From an uncultured bacterium (GTDB lineage Bacteria > Krumholzibacteriota > Krumholzibacteriia > WVZY01), in contig CAYXEN010000002.1 of NCBI GenBank assembly GCA_964464035.1, forward strand, positions 26,003 to 90,002: 64,000 nt of DNA, written 5' to 3'. Made by a program: the position numbers and the translations under genes. The notes below the pieces were generated by a model that ran no database searches, was not told where the DNA came from, and saw only the letters and a list, made by a program, of their open reading frames with translations. Positions 40,779 through 50,617 of this stretch are shown here, one piece after another; positions within the stretch are counted from its first letter, which is position 1, and every line of letters starts with the position of its first letter.

Positions 40779-41927
40779 ATGCATGTAATCATCCTCGTCA
40801 CGTCGGTTCTTGCGCTGGTCTTGCTCGGCGCCCTCGCGCGCAGGAAGAACGTGGACATAATAGTCCTGGGTTCGATCAAGAGACGCCCGCCTCGTTGCGA
40901 CGGGAAGAGGCACGTGTTTTTCTGCTTCGTGGATCACTTCGAACCGATGTGGAAGGGAGCCGATGAGAACTCGGCCCTGGAGAGGGTCCGCATGTGGCTT
41001 TCGAGGTATCCGGTGGTCACGGCGGGGCTCGAGGACGGGGGAGGGCGGCCGCCGCAGCATACCTTTTTCTACCCCGAGGAAGAGTACCACCCGCAATGCC
41101 TGGACATGCTTGCCGAACTCCGGCGCAAGGGCTTGGGCGACGTGGAAATCCACCTTCATCACGACAACGACACTTCGGAATCGCTGCGGGAGAAGCTGCA
41201 GAATTTCAAGGGGGTTCTTCGGCGAAGGCACGGGCTTCTCAGGGAGAATCCCCGAACCGGTGAGATCGAATACGGTTTCATACACGGCAACTGGGCGCTC
41301 GACGACTCCGGGCCGGGTGGAAGGTATTGCGGAGTGCGCGACGAGATCACGATCCTCGAGGAGACCGGTTGTTACGCCGACTTCACTTTTCCGTCGGCGC
41401 CGCATCCGACGCAACCGCCTATGATCAACGTGATCTACTACGCCACCGATGATCCCGTCAAAGCCAAGAGTCATCACCGGGGGCGCGAAGTCGTCTTCGG
41501 CAGGCATACGGGCGGCGATCTCCTCATGATAACCGGCCCGCTCGCCGTGAACTGGAGGCTGCGGAGGCGGGGTATATTTCCCGCCATCGAGAACGGGGAC
41601 GTAACATCGATCAATCCTCCCGTGCCGGCGAGAATCGACCTTTGGGTGAAGACCGCCATCGGCGTGCGCGGTTGGCCCGGTTGGATTTTCATCAAGGTCC
41701 ATACTCACGGAGCCCAGGAAGCGAACTCGAGCTTTCTTCTCGGGGAAGGGATCAAGATGCTGCACGAACATCTAGCGGGGAGGTACAACGACGGTCGGAA
41801 CTACGTGCTCCACTACGTGACCTCGTGGGAAACGGCCAACTGCGTGCGGATCCTGGAAAAAGGGGACAGGGAAGGAATTAGCCTGGTGGAGGCCTTCGAT
41901 TACGACGCGGCCTGGAACCGCATCTGA
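40779..41927 (+). CDS. Hypothetical protein (N-terminal TM; possible divergent carbohydrate-esterase/deacetylase-like fold, unverified)
   Basis: 382-aa ORF translationally coupled to the upstream gene. Conserved-looking Asp/His clusters (FVDHFEP, EIHLHHDND). No confident family assignment from sequence alone. Confidence 0.5.
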   Translation: MHVIILVTSVLALVLLGALARRKNVDIIVLGSIKRRPPRCDGKRHVFFCFVDHFEPMWKGADENSALERVRMWLSRYPVVTAGLEDGGGRPPQHTFFYPEEEYHPQCLDMLAELRRKGLGDVEIHLHHDNDTSESLREKLQNFKGVLRRRHGLLRENPRTGEIEYGFIHGNWALDDSGPGGRYCGVRDEITILEETGCYADFTFPSAPHPTQPPMINVIYYATDDPVKAKSHHRGREVVFGRHTGGDLLMITGPLAVNWRLRRRGIFPAIENGDVTSINPPVPARIDLWVKTAIGVRGWPGWIFIKVHTHGAQEANSSFLLGEGIKMLHEHLAGRYNDGRNYVLHYVTSWETANCVRILEKGDREGISLVEAFDYDAAWNRI

Positions 41928-41999
41928 TTTTTCCCTTGCTTGAACGAGCTCATCCACATAATGTTGCCTTGATCGAACGATCCACTCCACAAGCCCGGC

Positions 42000-42015
42000 G
42001 GATGATTGCTTGCAT
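42000..42015 (+). promoter_or_regulatory. Weak sigma-54-like -24/-12 element upstream of the FN3/CTD gene
   Basis: cGGatg-attgc-TTGCA. GG-N10-GC spacing is correct and the -12 TTGCA is perfect, but the -24 hexamer is poor. Confidence 0.25.
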
Positions 42016-42064
42016 ATTTCTTGCTCTGCATCTGGGAACCCTTCAGAGAGAGGCATTGACTTCA

Positions 42065-43899
42065 TGCGCGGTGCAGCCGAGAAGTTCATCAAGGTTTGTG
42101 GTTTGGGAGCATTGTTCCTTTTGATTGCCCCCGGTTCCTCATCCATCCGCGCCGTCGAGAAAGGGAACGCCAAGGAGGGCGGCTCGGCCGCAGCGGAAAA
42201 CCTTGCATTTTTGGTTTTCGAGGCGAATCCCGACGCATCATACGACATAGGCAAGAACGGTTCGGGCCTCGTTTCAGTGGTTTCCACCACAAACGGCACT
42301 ATCGGGTTTTCCGACCTCGCCAACACGCTCGATACCTATTCGTTCATTATGACGGGCAGCAACCCACAGCCGCCGTCGGCTCCGAGCGGCCTGACCGTGG
42401 TGGGTGGCGACGCCGGATGCGCGCAGTGTGACTGGTTGCACAATCCCGAACCGAATGTAACCGGATACAGGCTCTATTTCGGGGCATCGTCCGTGGCCCA
42501 AGGCGCCGCGGCCTACGACGACTCGGTCGACGTAACCGGGACGGTTCATTTCAATCTCTGCGGCCTGGTGGAGGGGAACTACTATTTCGCGTTGAGAGCT
42601 ATAAACAGCTTCGGTTTGCTCAGCACCTACTCGCAGGAAGTCTCGGCCTACGTCGGAACGGGATCGGCTCAGGGACCTTCTCCTCCTCAGCAGGTGGGTG
42701 TAGTCGAGAGCACTCCCGGCTGCGCGTCTGTTTCATGGAGCCCCAACTCCGAGGTCGACATAGCCGGCTACATGGTTTTCTACGGCACCGAGAGCGTAGC
42801 GGGCGGAGTGGCGGCTCAATATACGGATTCGCTCGACGCCGGGAACGCCACGGCCAAGACAGTGTGCGGGTTGGCGCCGGGAACATACTATTTCGCCGTG
42901 AAGGCGTACAATACGAGCGGGGTATACAGCGCTTACTCGATCGAGAGGGTGTTGGATGTGCAGGGCGCGGACTTGGCTGCGCCGACTTTTTCGAATCTTT
43001 CTCCTGCAGACGGGAGCATCGGGGTTCCCCTCAACACCGCCGTGGCTTTCACGGTGTCGGATGCGATGAGCGGGGTGGATACGAACAGCGTAGCCGTGCT
43101 CATAAACGGCTCGCCGCCCGCCTCGATCGTTTTCAGCGGGGATGCCGCCGCAACGCACGTGAGCTGCAAGCCGGGCTCGGCTCTGCCGGTTCAGAGCCTC
43201 GTCACCGTATCAGTGACGGCGGGTGATCGCGCGGTGCCCTCCAACGTCGATTCGGTCTCATGGAGTTTCACGACGGGCTCGGGGGCGGACGGCACCCCAC
43301 CGGAGTTCTGTTGCCTGAATCCCGGTTCGGGCAGCGCCGACGTTTCCCCTTCGACGAACATAGTGATCGGGATAAGCGATTCGGAATCCGGGGTCGATCC
43401 GGGAAGCCTGAAGCTCTTCGTGAACGACCTGCCGGCGGATTACACGCTGGAAGGGGACGACAACAAGAACCTCCGCCTGGTTTACGTGAACACGGAAGGG
43501 TTCCCTCTCGGCGAAGTGGTAAGGGTTAGAGTGGATGCCTGCGACCTGGCGTTGCCTGCGAATTGCTCGTCGCTTCTCGATTATTCTTTCACCGTTTCCG
43601 CCACGCCGGACGCGGCCGGCGCGGCCGCCATAGTTCCCGACGGATTCTGGGCCGAAGACCCGACGAAACCGCTCCAGGTCAAGAATATTCCGCTGGGATG
43701 GACGGTCCGCATCTTCGATGTGTCGGGACGCAAAGTCAGAACGTTCAAGAACGAGATGCGCGACGGCCTGGACTGGACGTGGGATTTCAAGAATGACGGC
43801 AATCGCCGGGTGGTTAGATCGTTGTATCTGGTGAGAGTGACCGACGCGAGCGGGCGGGTGAGGCAGGCGGGTAGGTTCCTCGTCCAGAGAGTTCCATGA
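42065..43899 (+). CDS. Secreted multi-FN3-like repeat protein with C-terminal T9SS-type / FlgD-Ig-like sorting domain
   Basis: Start MRGAAEKFIKVCGLGALFLLIAPGSSS (signal peptide) with GAGAGAGG RBS. Repeated ...GYRLYFG...NYYFA(L/V)(R/K)A(I/Y)N... FN3 modules. Last ~80 aa (LGWTVRIFDVSGRKVRTFKN...GLDWTWDFKNDGNRRV...SLYLVRVTDASGR...FLVQR) match the T9SS CTD / FlgD Ig-like pattern. Confidence 0.7.
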
Positions 43900-44747
43900 T
43901 GTACGCTGACGCCAGGGCATGGAGAAGCTCCTTGGGCTTGAAGACGGCTCTTTTCGCGTTGCTCATCCTCGGAGCCTATTGGTTCGTCATCCTCGATCTC
44001 CTGAGGCAACTACTCGAAGATCCAAATTACGCTTATGGATTGTTCGTACCCGCCCTTGCGCTCTTGCTGGCGGTGAGGAGACGCGAACGTTTTAGACGGG
44101 CAGAACCCGGCTCCAGCGCCTTGGGTCTGGTTCTCATACTTCTCGGCGGCCTCGTCTATCTCTTCGGTGTCTTGGCGTCGGAACATTTCACGAGCAGGAT
44201 CTCCATGATACCGGTGTTGGAAGGCGCATTCCTGGTATTGCAGGGCAGGGCGAGAACGCGGGTGATGATCTTCCCGATCCTCTTCCTGGCCTTGATGGTG
44301 CCGCTGCCGTATATAATCTACTACAAGATCACGTTCCCCCTCCAGCTCTTGAGCTCCCGGTTGGCGGAATCATTGATAACGGCGATCGGCATTCCGGTGC
44401 AGAGGTGGGGCAACATGCTCAAGCTCGAAGGTTACACGCTGGAGGTCGTGACGGCATGCAGCGGCCTGCGCTCCATGATGACCCTGGGAACGCTGGCCGT
44501 GTTCATGAGCGAATTTCTCGATCTCAAATGGAGGATGAAGCTGCTTTTCGTCGTTCTCTCGGTGCCGGTGGCCGTAACGGCGAATACCTTGAGGTTGACG
44601 TTCACGGCGGCGCTGGCTTCACTGTCCGATGCGGCGGCGGCGGACGAGTTCCTGCACGACTTTTCGGGACTCGTCGTGTTCGTCCTGGGGGCGATTCTGC
44701 TCGCCGCCTTGGGAATGGGATTTGAATGGTTGGAGAAAAGAGCATAG
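43896..44747 (+). CDS. Exosortase (EpsH/Xrt family transpeptidase)
   Basis: 8-TM protein with catalytic Cys motif VTACSGLRSMM, conserved Arg motif ANTLRLT, and N-terminal ...DPNYAYGLFVP... Confidence 0.8.
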   Translation: MMYADARAWRSSLGLKTALFALLILGAYWFVILDLLRQLLEDPNYAYGLFVPALALLLAVRRRERFRRAEPGSSALGLVLILLGGLVYLFGVLASEHFTSRISMIPVLEGAFLVLQGRARTRVMIFPILFLALMVPLPYIIYYKITFPLQLLSSRLAESLITAIGIPVQRWGNMLKLEGYTLEVVTACSGLRSMMTLGTLAVFMSEFLDLKWRMKLLFVVLSVPVAVTANTLRLTFTAALASLSDAAAADEFLHDFSGLVVFVLGAILLAALGMGFEWLEKRA

Positions 44748-45361
44748 TGTTGGCTGCGGGGGTTCTGCTGTCGCTTCTTGCGGGTGCGGGAAACGTTTAC
44801 AGGTTCGAGACTCCGGGTTCGAAAGCCGGGGACGTCCTGCGAATCGCCGATCTCGATTTCGAGAGTTGTTCGCATGAGGACATCGACTTGGACGAGGCTT
44901 TCGAGCGCAGCCTCGGCGCGGACGACTTCGTTTTCAGAGTGTACAGTTGCGGGGATGGGCGCCCCGTTTGGCTCTTCATAGGATATTTCTCGTCACCCGG
45001 CGAGGGGTCCCAGATCCATTCCCCCAAGCATTGTTACCCCGGCAGCGGATGGAACATACTTGGAGAAAGGCCGGTCCCCGCACCTTGGGGAGAGGGCAGC
45101 ATCAGGGCCCTTTCAGTGAGCAACGGCAGGGCCAGGAGGGGTGTTTTCTATTGGTTCTATACCGGCGATGAAGTGATAAGCGATGAGTACGGGCTGAAGA
45201 TTCATCAGGTCGTGAGCGCGCTCCGGCGGAGGGCTCCGAGCGTTTGCTTCGTCAGGATATCCACCCCGGAACTGGATGCGGGCGAGACAGAATCCATACT
45301 TGCTGAATTCGCCCGCAAGGTGCAGGCTTCACTCGAGAAGGCTTTCAAGGAACGTCGATGA
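44726..45361 (+). CDS. Exosortase-associated EpsI family protein
   Basis: Signal/TM N-terminus, about 210 aa periplasmic domain. Adjacent to and overlapping the exosortase gene as in EpsH-EpsI pairs. Confidence 0.65.
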   Translation: MVGEKSIVLAAGVLLSLLAGAGNVYRFETPGSKAGDVLRIADLDFESCSHEDIDLDEAFERSLGADDFVFRVYSCGDGRPVWLFIGYFSSPGEGSQIHSPKHCYPGSGWNILGERPVPAPWGEGSIRALSVSNGRARRGVFYWFYTGDEVISDEYGLKIHQVVSALRRRAPSVCFVRISTPELDAGETESILAEFARKVQASLEKAFKERR

Positions 45362-46194
45362 CCCTCAAGAGGATCATAAGTAAGTACTTCAGGTGCTGGG
45401 AAGAAACGATCTTGCTCACCAAGCGCCCCGTGCTGCTGCTCCCTTTCATCGTTCTCGCCCTGGTCGAGGTTTCGGTCCTCGTAAGCATAGTATGGTTCAT
45501 CCATCCTCCATTCTCGTTTTTCATGCCGGGCCTGGTGAAGATGATAGCGGGCGAACAGGTTTTGCACTATCCCTCTCACCTCGTCCTGCTTCCCGGCTTG
45601 TATCAACTGATTCTGGCACCCATCATGGTAGTCTTCGGTTTCGCCCTCCTGGGTTGGGGCGTCTTCATGATCATGGATCATTACCGGGGATCGTTGCATG
45701 GAGCGCGGTTCTATCTGGAGACAGTGGCCTGGAACATGCCCGGATTCTCCCTCATAGGGTTGCTGTTCATGGGTTTGGTCGTGGGAGCGCCGCTGGGCCT
45801 GTCCCATGCGGCAGGCTCGCTCGACCCCGGGATTCTGCGAAGCATCGTGGGCGAGTTGAGCGGCGTCTGGGGGTTCGTTTGGGAAGTGTTCTTGATCTAT
45901 GCTCTCGTCTTCATGCGGCTGTATCCTGAGAGCGCGGGAAAGGCGATTGCGAAGGGGTTCGGCTTCGCCAAGAGAAGGTTCATCGTAACGGCTCTCGTCG
46001 TTGCCACCGTCGCTCTGATTCACAAGCCCTTCGAGTACTTGATCTCGAGCGCGACGGCCGTCGCAATAAAATTCAAACCGGAACTGCTCGTGAGCGTGAT
46101 CGTTTTCGACATAATAGCTGAAGTGATCACCAATTATTTCTTGTTCGTGTCCATCTCCTATCTGGCTGCGACCTCGTTATGGAAGCGAAGATGA
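45358..46194 (+). CDS. Hypothetical polytopic membrane protein
   Basis: 278 aa, about 7 hydrophobic segments. Coupled to epsI. Confidence 0.5.
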   Translation: MTLKRIISKYFRCWEETILLTKRPVLLLPFIVLALVEVSVLVSIVWFIHPPFSFFMPGLVKMIAGEQVLHYPSHLVLLPGLYQLILAPIMVVFGFALLGWGVFMIMDHYRGSLHGARFYLETVAWNMPGFSLIGLLFMGLVVGAPLGLSHAAGSLDPGILRSIVGELSGVWGFVWEVFLIYALVFMRLYPESAGKAIAKGFGFAKRRFIVTALVVATVALIHKPFEYLISSATAVAIKFKPELLVSVIVFDIIAEVITNYFLFVSISYLAATSLWKRR

Positions 46195-47741
46195 TATCGA
46201 GAAGAAATATGCTCGTTCTCTTGGCGCTGCTGCTCTCCGGGTGTGGCTCCGGAGAAGACCTTCGTGCGCGGTACAGCCTGGAGCGGGATCTGTGGAACGC
46301 CCAAAGGATAGAGAGAAGGATAAACATCGACCTGCAGGGTGCGTCGGAAAGAGAGATAAAGTTCGCGATACGTGCTTTCGAGGGAATCGTCGCCAAAGCC
46401 GATCTCGAGGGCAAGGACTTGAAGGGATGGGATCCGGGCGTAATCAAGGATATAAAGAGGATAGGCGTGCTCTCCAAGATAGCGTTGGCGAATCTTTACT
46501 TCATCACGGATAAGTACTACCTGGCGGAGAGCTACTACAAGAGCTCCCTTGACGACGAAAACCTCCCTTTCATGAGCAGGATGAACGCGCGATTGAATCT
46601 CGCCCGCTCCTTCTACCTCATGGGTTCGCAGGACTCGCTGAGGATCGAGTGCGAGGCGATATTCAGGGACATAGTCGGCGAGGAGGATTTCTGGCGAAGC
46701 CGTGCAAGGATAAACGACAGTTTCCTGAACATTCCGTTGGTGCTTTTGCGGATCTATAGGAGCAGGGGGGACACGGAGAAGGTGGAGGAATTGGGCGAAA
46801 CCGCAGAGAGATTCTACCGGAAGATAACATTGGTCTGGCCGGGCGAGATGATCGCCGAAAAGGCGAGATTGCAAATGGTGAACTTGTATCTCATCGAGGG
46901 CCGGTGGCGGGAGGCCGTCCGGACGATCGACGATCTTATGGACAGCAGCTTCGGGCGGGCGATGCAGCCCAGGCTTCTCTTGATGAAGGCGAAGATCTAC
47001 TTGAACGGAATGGGCGATCGGGCCAAGGCGAAAGCGACGCTCAAGCGGATCCTGAAGGATAGTGAAAGCATGGATGGGTACTACGCGGCCAAATTCGAGC
47101 TTGCGAACATAAGTTTCTTGGAAGGCGGGGAAGCTGAAGCGATCGAGATGCTCAAGGAGATCGAGAAGAGCAGCGACGCATCGCCGGAAGTAAGAACGAA
47201 CGCGATGCTGGTTCGGGCACTCTACCTGGAAAAACACGATAAATGGAATGAAGCCCGATTGATCCTCAAGCGGATCCAGAGCCTGTACCCGGAGACGATG
47301 GCCGCTCTGAAGGCCCCGCTGCTCATGACGATTCATTACGTCAATGGGGGCGATACGGTCTTGGCTCGGAAGAATCTGGAAACGGCCAGGGAGTTCTACC
47401 TGACGCTGTTGGAAAAGAAGTGGGGGCTGGCGCAGAGATCTCTCTTCGTCCAGGACTTTCTGGTAGAGAACTACATCGCGGCCGGATTGCCGGAGGAAGC
47501 CGCGCGGATCCTGGAAGAGAAATCGAGCGGGTGGGGATGGTCGAACGCGGCGGGCGCGATGCTTAAGAGCGCGGGCATCTATGCCGAGTTGCTGGGCGAC
47601 AAGGAGAAAGCGGCCGAACTGCTCAAAAAATGTATTGCACTTTACCCTGAAACAAGGTATGCGAAAGAGGCCGCCGGCTTGCTGGATAGGCTCGCCGGGC
47701 CGGCATCGAGGAGCGTTTCATCCGGCAGGAACGAAAAATAA
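46191..47741 (+). CDS. TPR-repeat lipoprotein (PrsT-like?)
   Basis: Lipobox LLLSGCGS. Repeated TPR-like helical hairpins throughout (…YYKSSLD…, …LYLIEGRWREAV…, …ALYLEKHDKWNEARL…). Alternative start 46179. Confidence 0.65.
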   Translation: MISRRNMLVLLALLLSGCGSGEDLRARYSLERDLWNAQRIERRINIDLQGASEREIKFAIRAFEGIVAKADLEGKDLKGWDPGVIKDIKRIGVLSKIALANLYFITDKYYLAESYYKSSLDDENLPFMSRMNARLNLARSFYLMGSQDSLRIECEAIFRDIVGEEDFWRSRARINDSFLNIPLVLLRIYRSRGDTEKVEELGETAERFYRKITLVWPGEMIAEKARLQMVNLYLIEGRWREAVRTIDDLMDSSFGRAMQPRLLLMKAKIYLNGMGDRAKAKATLKRILKDSESMDGYYAAKFELANISFLEGGEAEAIEMLKEIEKSSDASPEVRTNAMLVRALYLEKHDKWNEARLILKRIQSLYPETMAALKAPLLMTIHYVNGGDTVLARKNLETAREFYLTLLEKKWGLAQRSLFVQDFLVENYIAAGLPEEAARILEEKSSGWGWSNAAGAMLKSAGIYAELLGDKEKAAELLKKCIALYPETRYAKEAAGLLDRLAGPASRSVSSGRNEK

Positions 47742-47743
47742 AT

Positions 47744-48856
47744 ATGAGCGGAAAATCGATCTACACAATTGCGCTCGCGTCACTCCTGGGCGCGCTTGGG
47801 CCCGCTGCGATGTCCGGGGAGGGTGCGAGAAAACAGTGCCTGACGGTCGTTTCGCAGCCTACGCACGCGAAGATCACGTTGAAGGGCTCGAGGGGAGTTG
47901 CGGGAAGGACGCCGTCCACCTTTTGCATGCTCGAGCCGGGTTCCGCCTATTTTCTCAAGATGGAGAAGAGGGGCTACGAAACGAGGGTGGCGGGCCTGAA
48001 GCTCGATGAGAAGGGAAAAGCCGTACTTCATGGAAGGGCACTCTTGGCGATCGGGAAATCCATGGCCGTGCCCGGGTTGGGCCAGTGGAGCGCGGGGAGA
48101 AAAGGACCGGGCATGGAGGCGTTTCTCACCGTCATGGGTACTTCAGCCATGGCGTGGTTGGCCTATGACGCCTTTCGAGACGAGCGGGACGAATATCGTT
48201 TCTATTTCTCGAAAGCTCAGACTGCGGTAACCATGGATGAGAAAAACGTCTATCTTCGCGAAGCGCGCAGATCGGCCTCCGAAACGAACAGGGCGAGAGA
48301 TCGCGCCATCATGACGGCGGGAATAGCAGGATGGGCATATGTCATGAATGTCGCCGACGCACTTCTCCTCAATCTTGCTCCGGGTGTGCGATACAAGGAG
48401 GGGGGGACCGTGGTATTGTCTTCTCCGCAAAAGAGCATGCCCAGGGCACTCTTGAGATCGGCCTTGTCCCCGGGTATGGGGCAGAGTTACATGGGGCACG
48501 GTTTCAGGGGCTTGTTCTTCCAAACGGCGTTCTACGGGGCGGCTCTCTTTGCGGCGCGGTCCTGGTGGAAGTACGGAATCAAACGGGACAGGTACGACAT
48601 GAAAGTCTCGGAGCTCGCCGCCGCTTCCAGCCTGGACGAAGTTACGCGGATCAGGAACGAGATGAACGTCTCGTGGGACGATCTCAGGGAAGCGGAAAAA
48701 TCGAGAAATGCGGCTCTCGTGACTTTGGGTTCGATTTGGCTGCTCAACATGCTGGATGTGGCGACCAGCAGCACGGGCTTGGAACCCGGCAAGCTGAACC
48801 TGAGTGCGGGATGGAAGGGCGAGGATTACGTTGCCGGTATCGTTTGCTCATTCTAG
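47744..48856 (+). CDS. PEGA domain-containing protein
   Basis: Signal peptide, then TVVSQPTHAKITLKGSRGVAGRTPSTFCMLEPGSAYFLKMEKRGYE (PEGA-like beta-sandwich), then hydrophobic/amphipathic C-terminal region. Confidence 0.55.
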   Translation: MSGKSIYTIALASLLGALGPAAMSGEGARKQCLTVVSQPTHAKITLKGSRGVAGRTPSTFCMLEPGSAYFLKMEKRGYETRVAGLKLDEKGKAVLHGRALLAIGKSMAVPGLGQWSAGRKGPGMEAFLTVMGTSAMAWLAYDAFRDERDEYRFYFSKAQTAVTMDEKNVYLREARRSASETNRARDRAIMTAGIAGWAYVMNVADALLLNLAPGVRYKEGGTVVLSSPQKSMPRALLRSALSPGMGQSYMGHGFRGLFFQTAFYGAALFAARSWWKYGIKRDRYDMKVSELAAASSLDEVTRIRNEMNVSWDDLREAEKSRNAALVTLGSIWLLNMLDVATSSTGLEPGKLNLSAGWKGEDYVAGIVCSF

Positions 48857-48872
48857 AGACCGGAGGTTGGAA

Positions 48873-50423
48873 ATGAGAATCAGATTGTCACTCTATGCCG
48901 CGGCGCTGACACTGTTGGCCTTCGGGGCCGCGGGATGTCTCGAGAAACTGCCCGAGGAGCTGAACGAACCGGTCCCTTCGATACCGACCCCCACCGATCT
49001 TTCCGCGGTCTCCAGGGACGGGGGCGCGACGATTTCATGGAGCTTCGATCAAAGTTTCCAATTCGAGAGCTTCAAGATATATAGGAGCGATGACGATCGC
49101 GCGACGTGGCAGAAAGTGGGAACGACGGCGGCCCCACCCTATGACGATTCCAATCTTAGAAACGGCATAATCTATTGGTACCGCGTCAGCGGCGTGAGTG
49201 TCGACGGCTTGGAGGGGCGTCCTTCCGGTGAGCTGCCCGTCATGGCCAATGCATTCGGCGTCGTCATAAACGACGGCGCGGAATTCACGAGCAGCAGGAT
49301 GGTGACCCTTCGATTCGCGGCGCCGACTCAGACGCAATCTGTGGTTTTCTCGGAGGATTCTCTTTTCCAGGGGGCTCTTCGCGAGGCGTACAATCCAACT
49401 TACCCTTTCGAACTGAGCGGCACGGACGGCGTGAAGCGAGTATACGCGGAGTTCAAGGATGCGTTGGGCAACGTGAGCGGAAAAGTATCCGATTCGATCG
49501 TGCTCGACACGCACGCGGCCATAGACAGCCTCTCGTTCAGTCCCGCCGGCCCGTTCGCGCCCGGGGCCTCGATTCACTTCCGGGTGGTGAGCAAGGGGAG
49601 GGAGGCCGACGGATATGCCTTGATTACGATAGGAGGCGTCGCCGGGCCGATCTACGCGATGGACGACGGCGGTAACGGCGATTCGCAGGCGGGCGACGGC
49701 GTCTGCGAGAGGGATTACGTGTTCATGCAGTCTTTCCGTGGCACCGGCATCAGGGCCAGCGCGGTGTTCATCGACGCCGCCGGCAACGAGAGCGATGCCA
49801 TGGAGTTCCCGGGAGAAATCGATTTCACGGACCCGCCGCAGGCGGTATATCTGTTCCCGGCGGTGGACTCCACGACTTCCAGCATCACTCTGAGGTGGTC
49901 ACAGTCCCAGGATCAACATTTCTCCGATTACGCGGTCTATCGAAGCGAATCCGCCCAGGTGTCGGAGGATTCCTCCCTCAGGGTGGGGCTCGTCTACGAC
50001 AAGGCCACTCAGGAATGGACGGACACCGGTCTCGACGAAGCCAAGACTTACTACTACCGCGTGTACGTGGAAAACGACCTGGGAGAGACGCAGGGGAGCA
50101 ATGTACGTGCGGCTCGAACGCTTGATCTTCCACCCGAACCGGTCGTATGCGATCCTCTCAGTTCCGTGGGCAATGGAAGGGCGACCGTCACATGGAGCGT
50201 CAACAACGATTCGGATTTCCTTGCATACTACGTTTACCGGGATACTATTCCCGGCGTCACCGAAACGACGGGGACCATGGTGTCGCCCGTGATAACGGAC
50301 AGGTACACGACCTTTTTCGACGACAGCGGGCTGGATCTCTTGAACCACACGTATTACTACCGGGTCTACGTGTACGACAAGGGTGGAAACAAGGCGCGAA
50401 GCAACGAGGTGGCTACTCAGTAG
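48873..50423 (+). CDS. FN3-like repeat lipoprotein
   Basis: Start MRIRLSLYAAALTLLAFGAAGC (lipobox) with GGAGG RBS. Several FN3-like modules (FKIYRSDDDRATWQKVGTT...YWYRVSGV; YAVYRSES...YYYRVYVEN; YYVYRDT...YYYRVYVYD). Confidence 0.65.
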   Translation: MRIRLSLYAAALTLLAFGAAGCLEKLPEELNEPVPSIPTPTDLSAVSRDGGATISWSFDQSFQFESFKIYRSDDDRATWQKVGTTAAPPYDDSNLRNGIIYWYRVSGVSVDGLEGRPSGELPVMANAFGVVINDGAEFTSSRMVTLRFAAPTQTQSVVFSEDSLFQGALREAYNPTYPFELSGTDGVKRVYAEFKDALGNVSGKVSDSIVLDTHAAIDSLSFSPAGPFAPGASIHFRVVSKGREADGYALITIGGVAGPIYAMDDGGNGDSQAGDGVCERDYVFMQSFRGTGIRASAVFIDAAGNESDAMEFPGEIDFTDPPQAVYLFPAVDSTTSSITLRWSQSQDQHFSDYAVYRSESAQVSEDSSLRVGLVYDKATQEWTDTGLDEAKTYYYRVYVENDLGETQGSNVRAARTLDLPPEPVVCDPLSSVGNGRATVTWSVNNDSDFLAYYVYRDTIPGVTETTGTMVSPVITDRYTTFFDDSGLDLLNHTYYYRVYVYDKGGNKARSNEVATQ

Positions 50424-50438
50424 CCGGAGACGTTTTTT
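50407..50438 (+). terminator. Possible intrinsic terminator
   Basis: GGCTAC-tca-GTAGCC hairpin spanning the stop codon, followed 7 nt later by TTTTTT. Confidence 0.3.
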
Positions 50439-50541
50439 GCAACACTGCGTCCAGCTCGAAGACGGGGGTCGAGAGGGAATCGTATAATGTTTGTGATTGC
50501 AAGAGGTTACGCTGGCATGCTGAAGTAAATTGGTAAAGACT

Positions 50542-50557
50542 TGGCCTTATAATTGCA
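50542..50557 (+). promoter_or_regulatory. Sigma-54 (-24/-12) promoter candidate upstream of the PorV-like gene
   Basis: TGGCCT-tataa-TTGCA. GG-N10-GC spacing exact. About 60 nt upstream of ATG 50618. Confidence 0.5.
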
Positions 50558-50617
50558 AACACACCAAAGGCCAAGGCAAGGTTTCCCGGTGGTTGACGAC
50601 ATCCAGAGGTTTGCATC

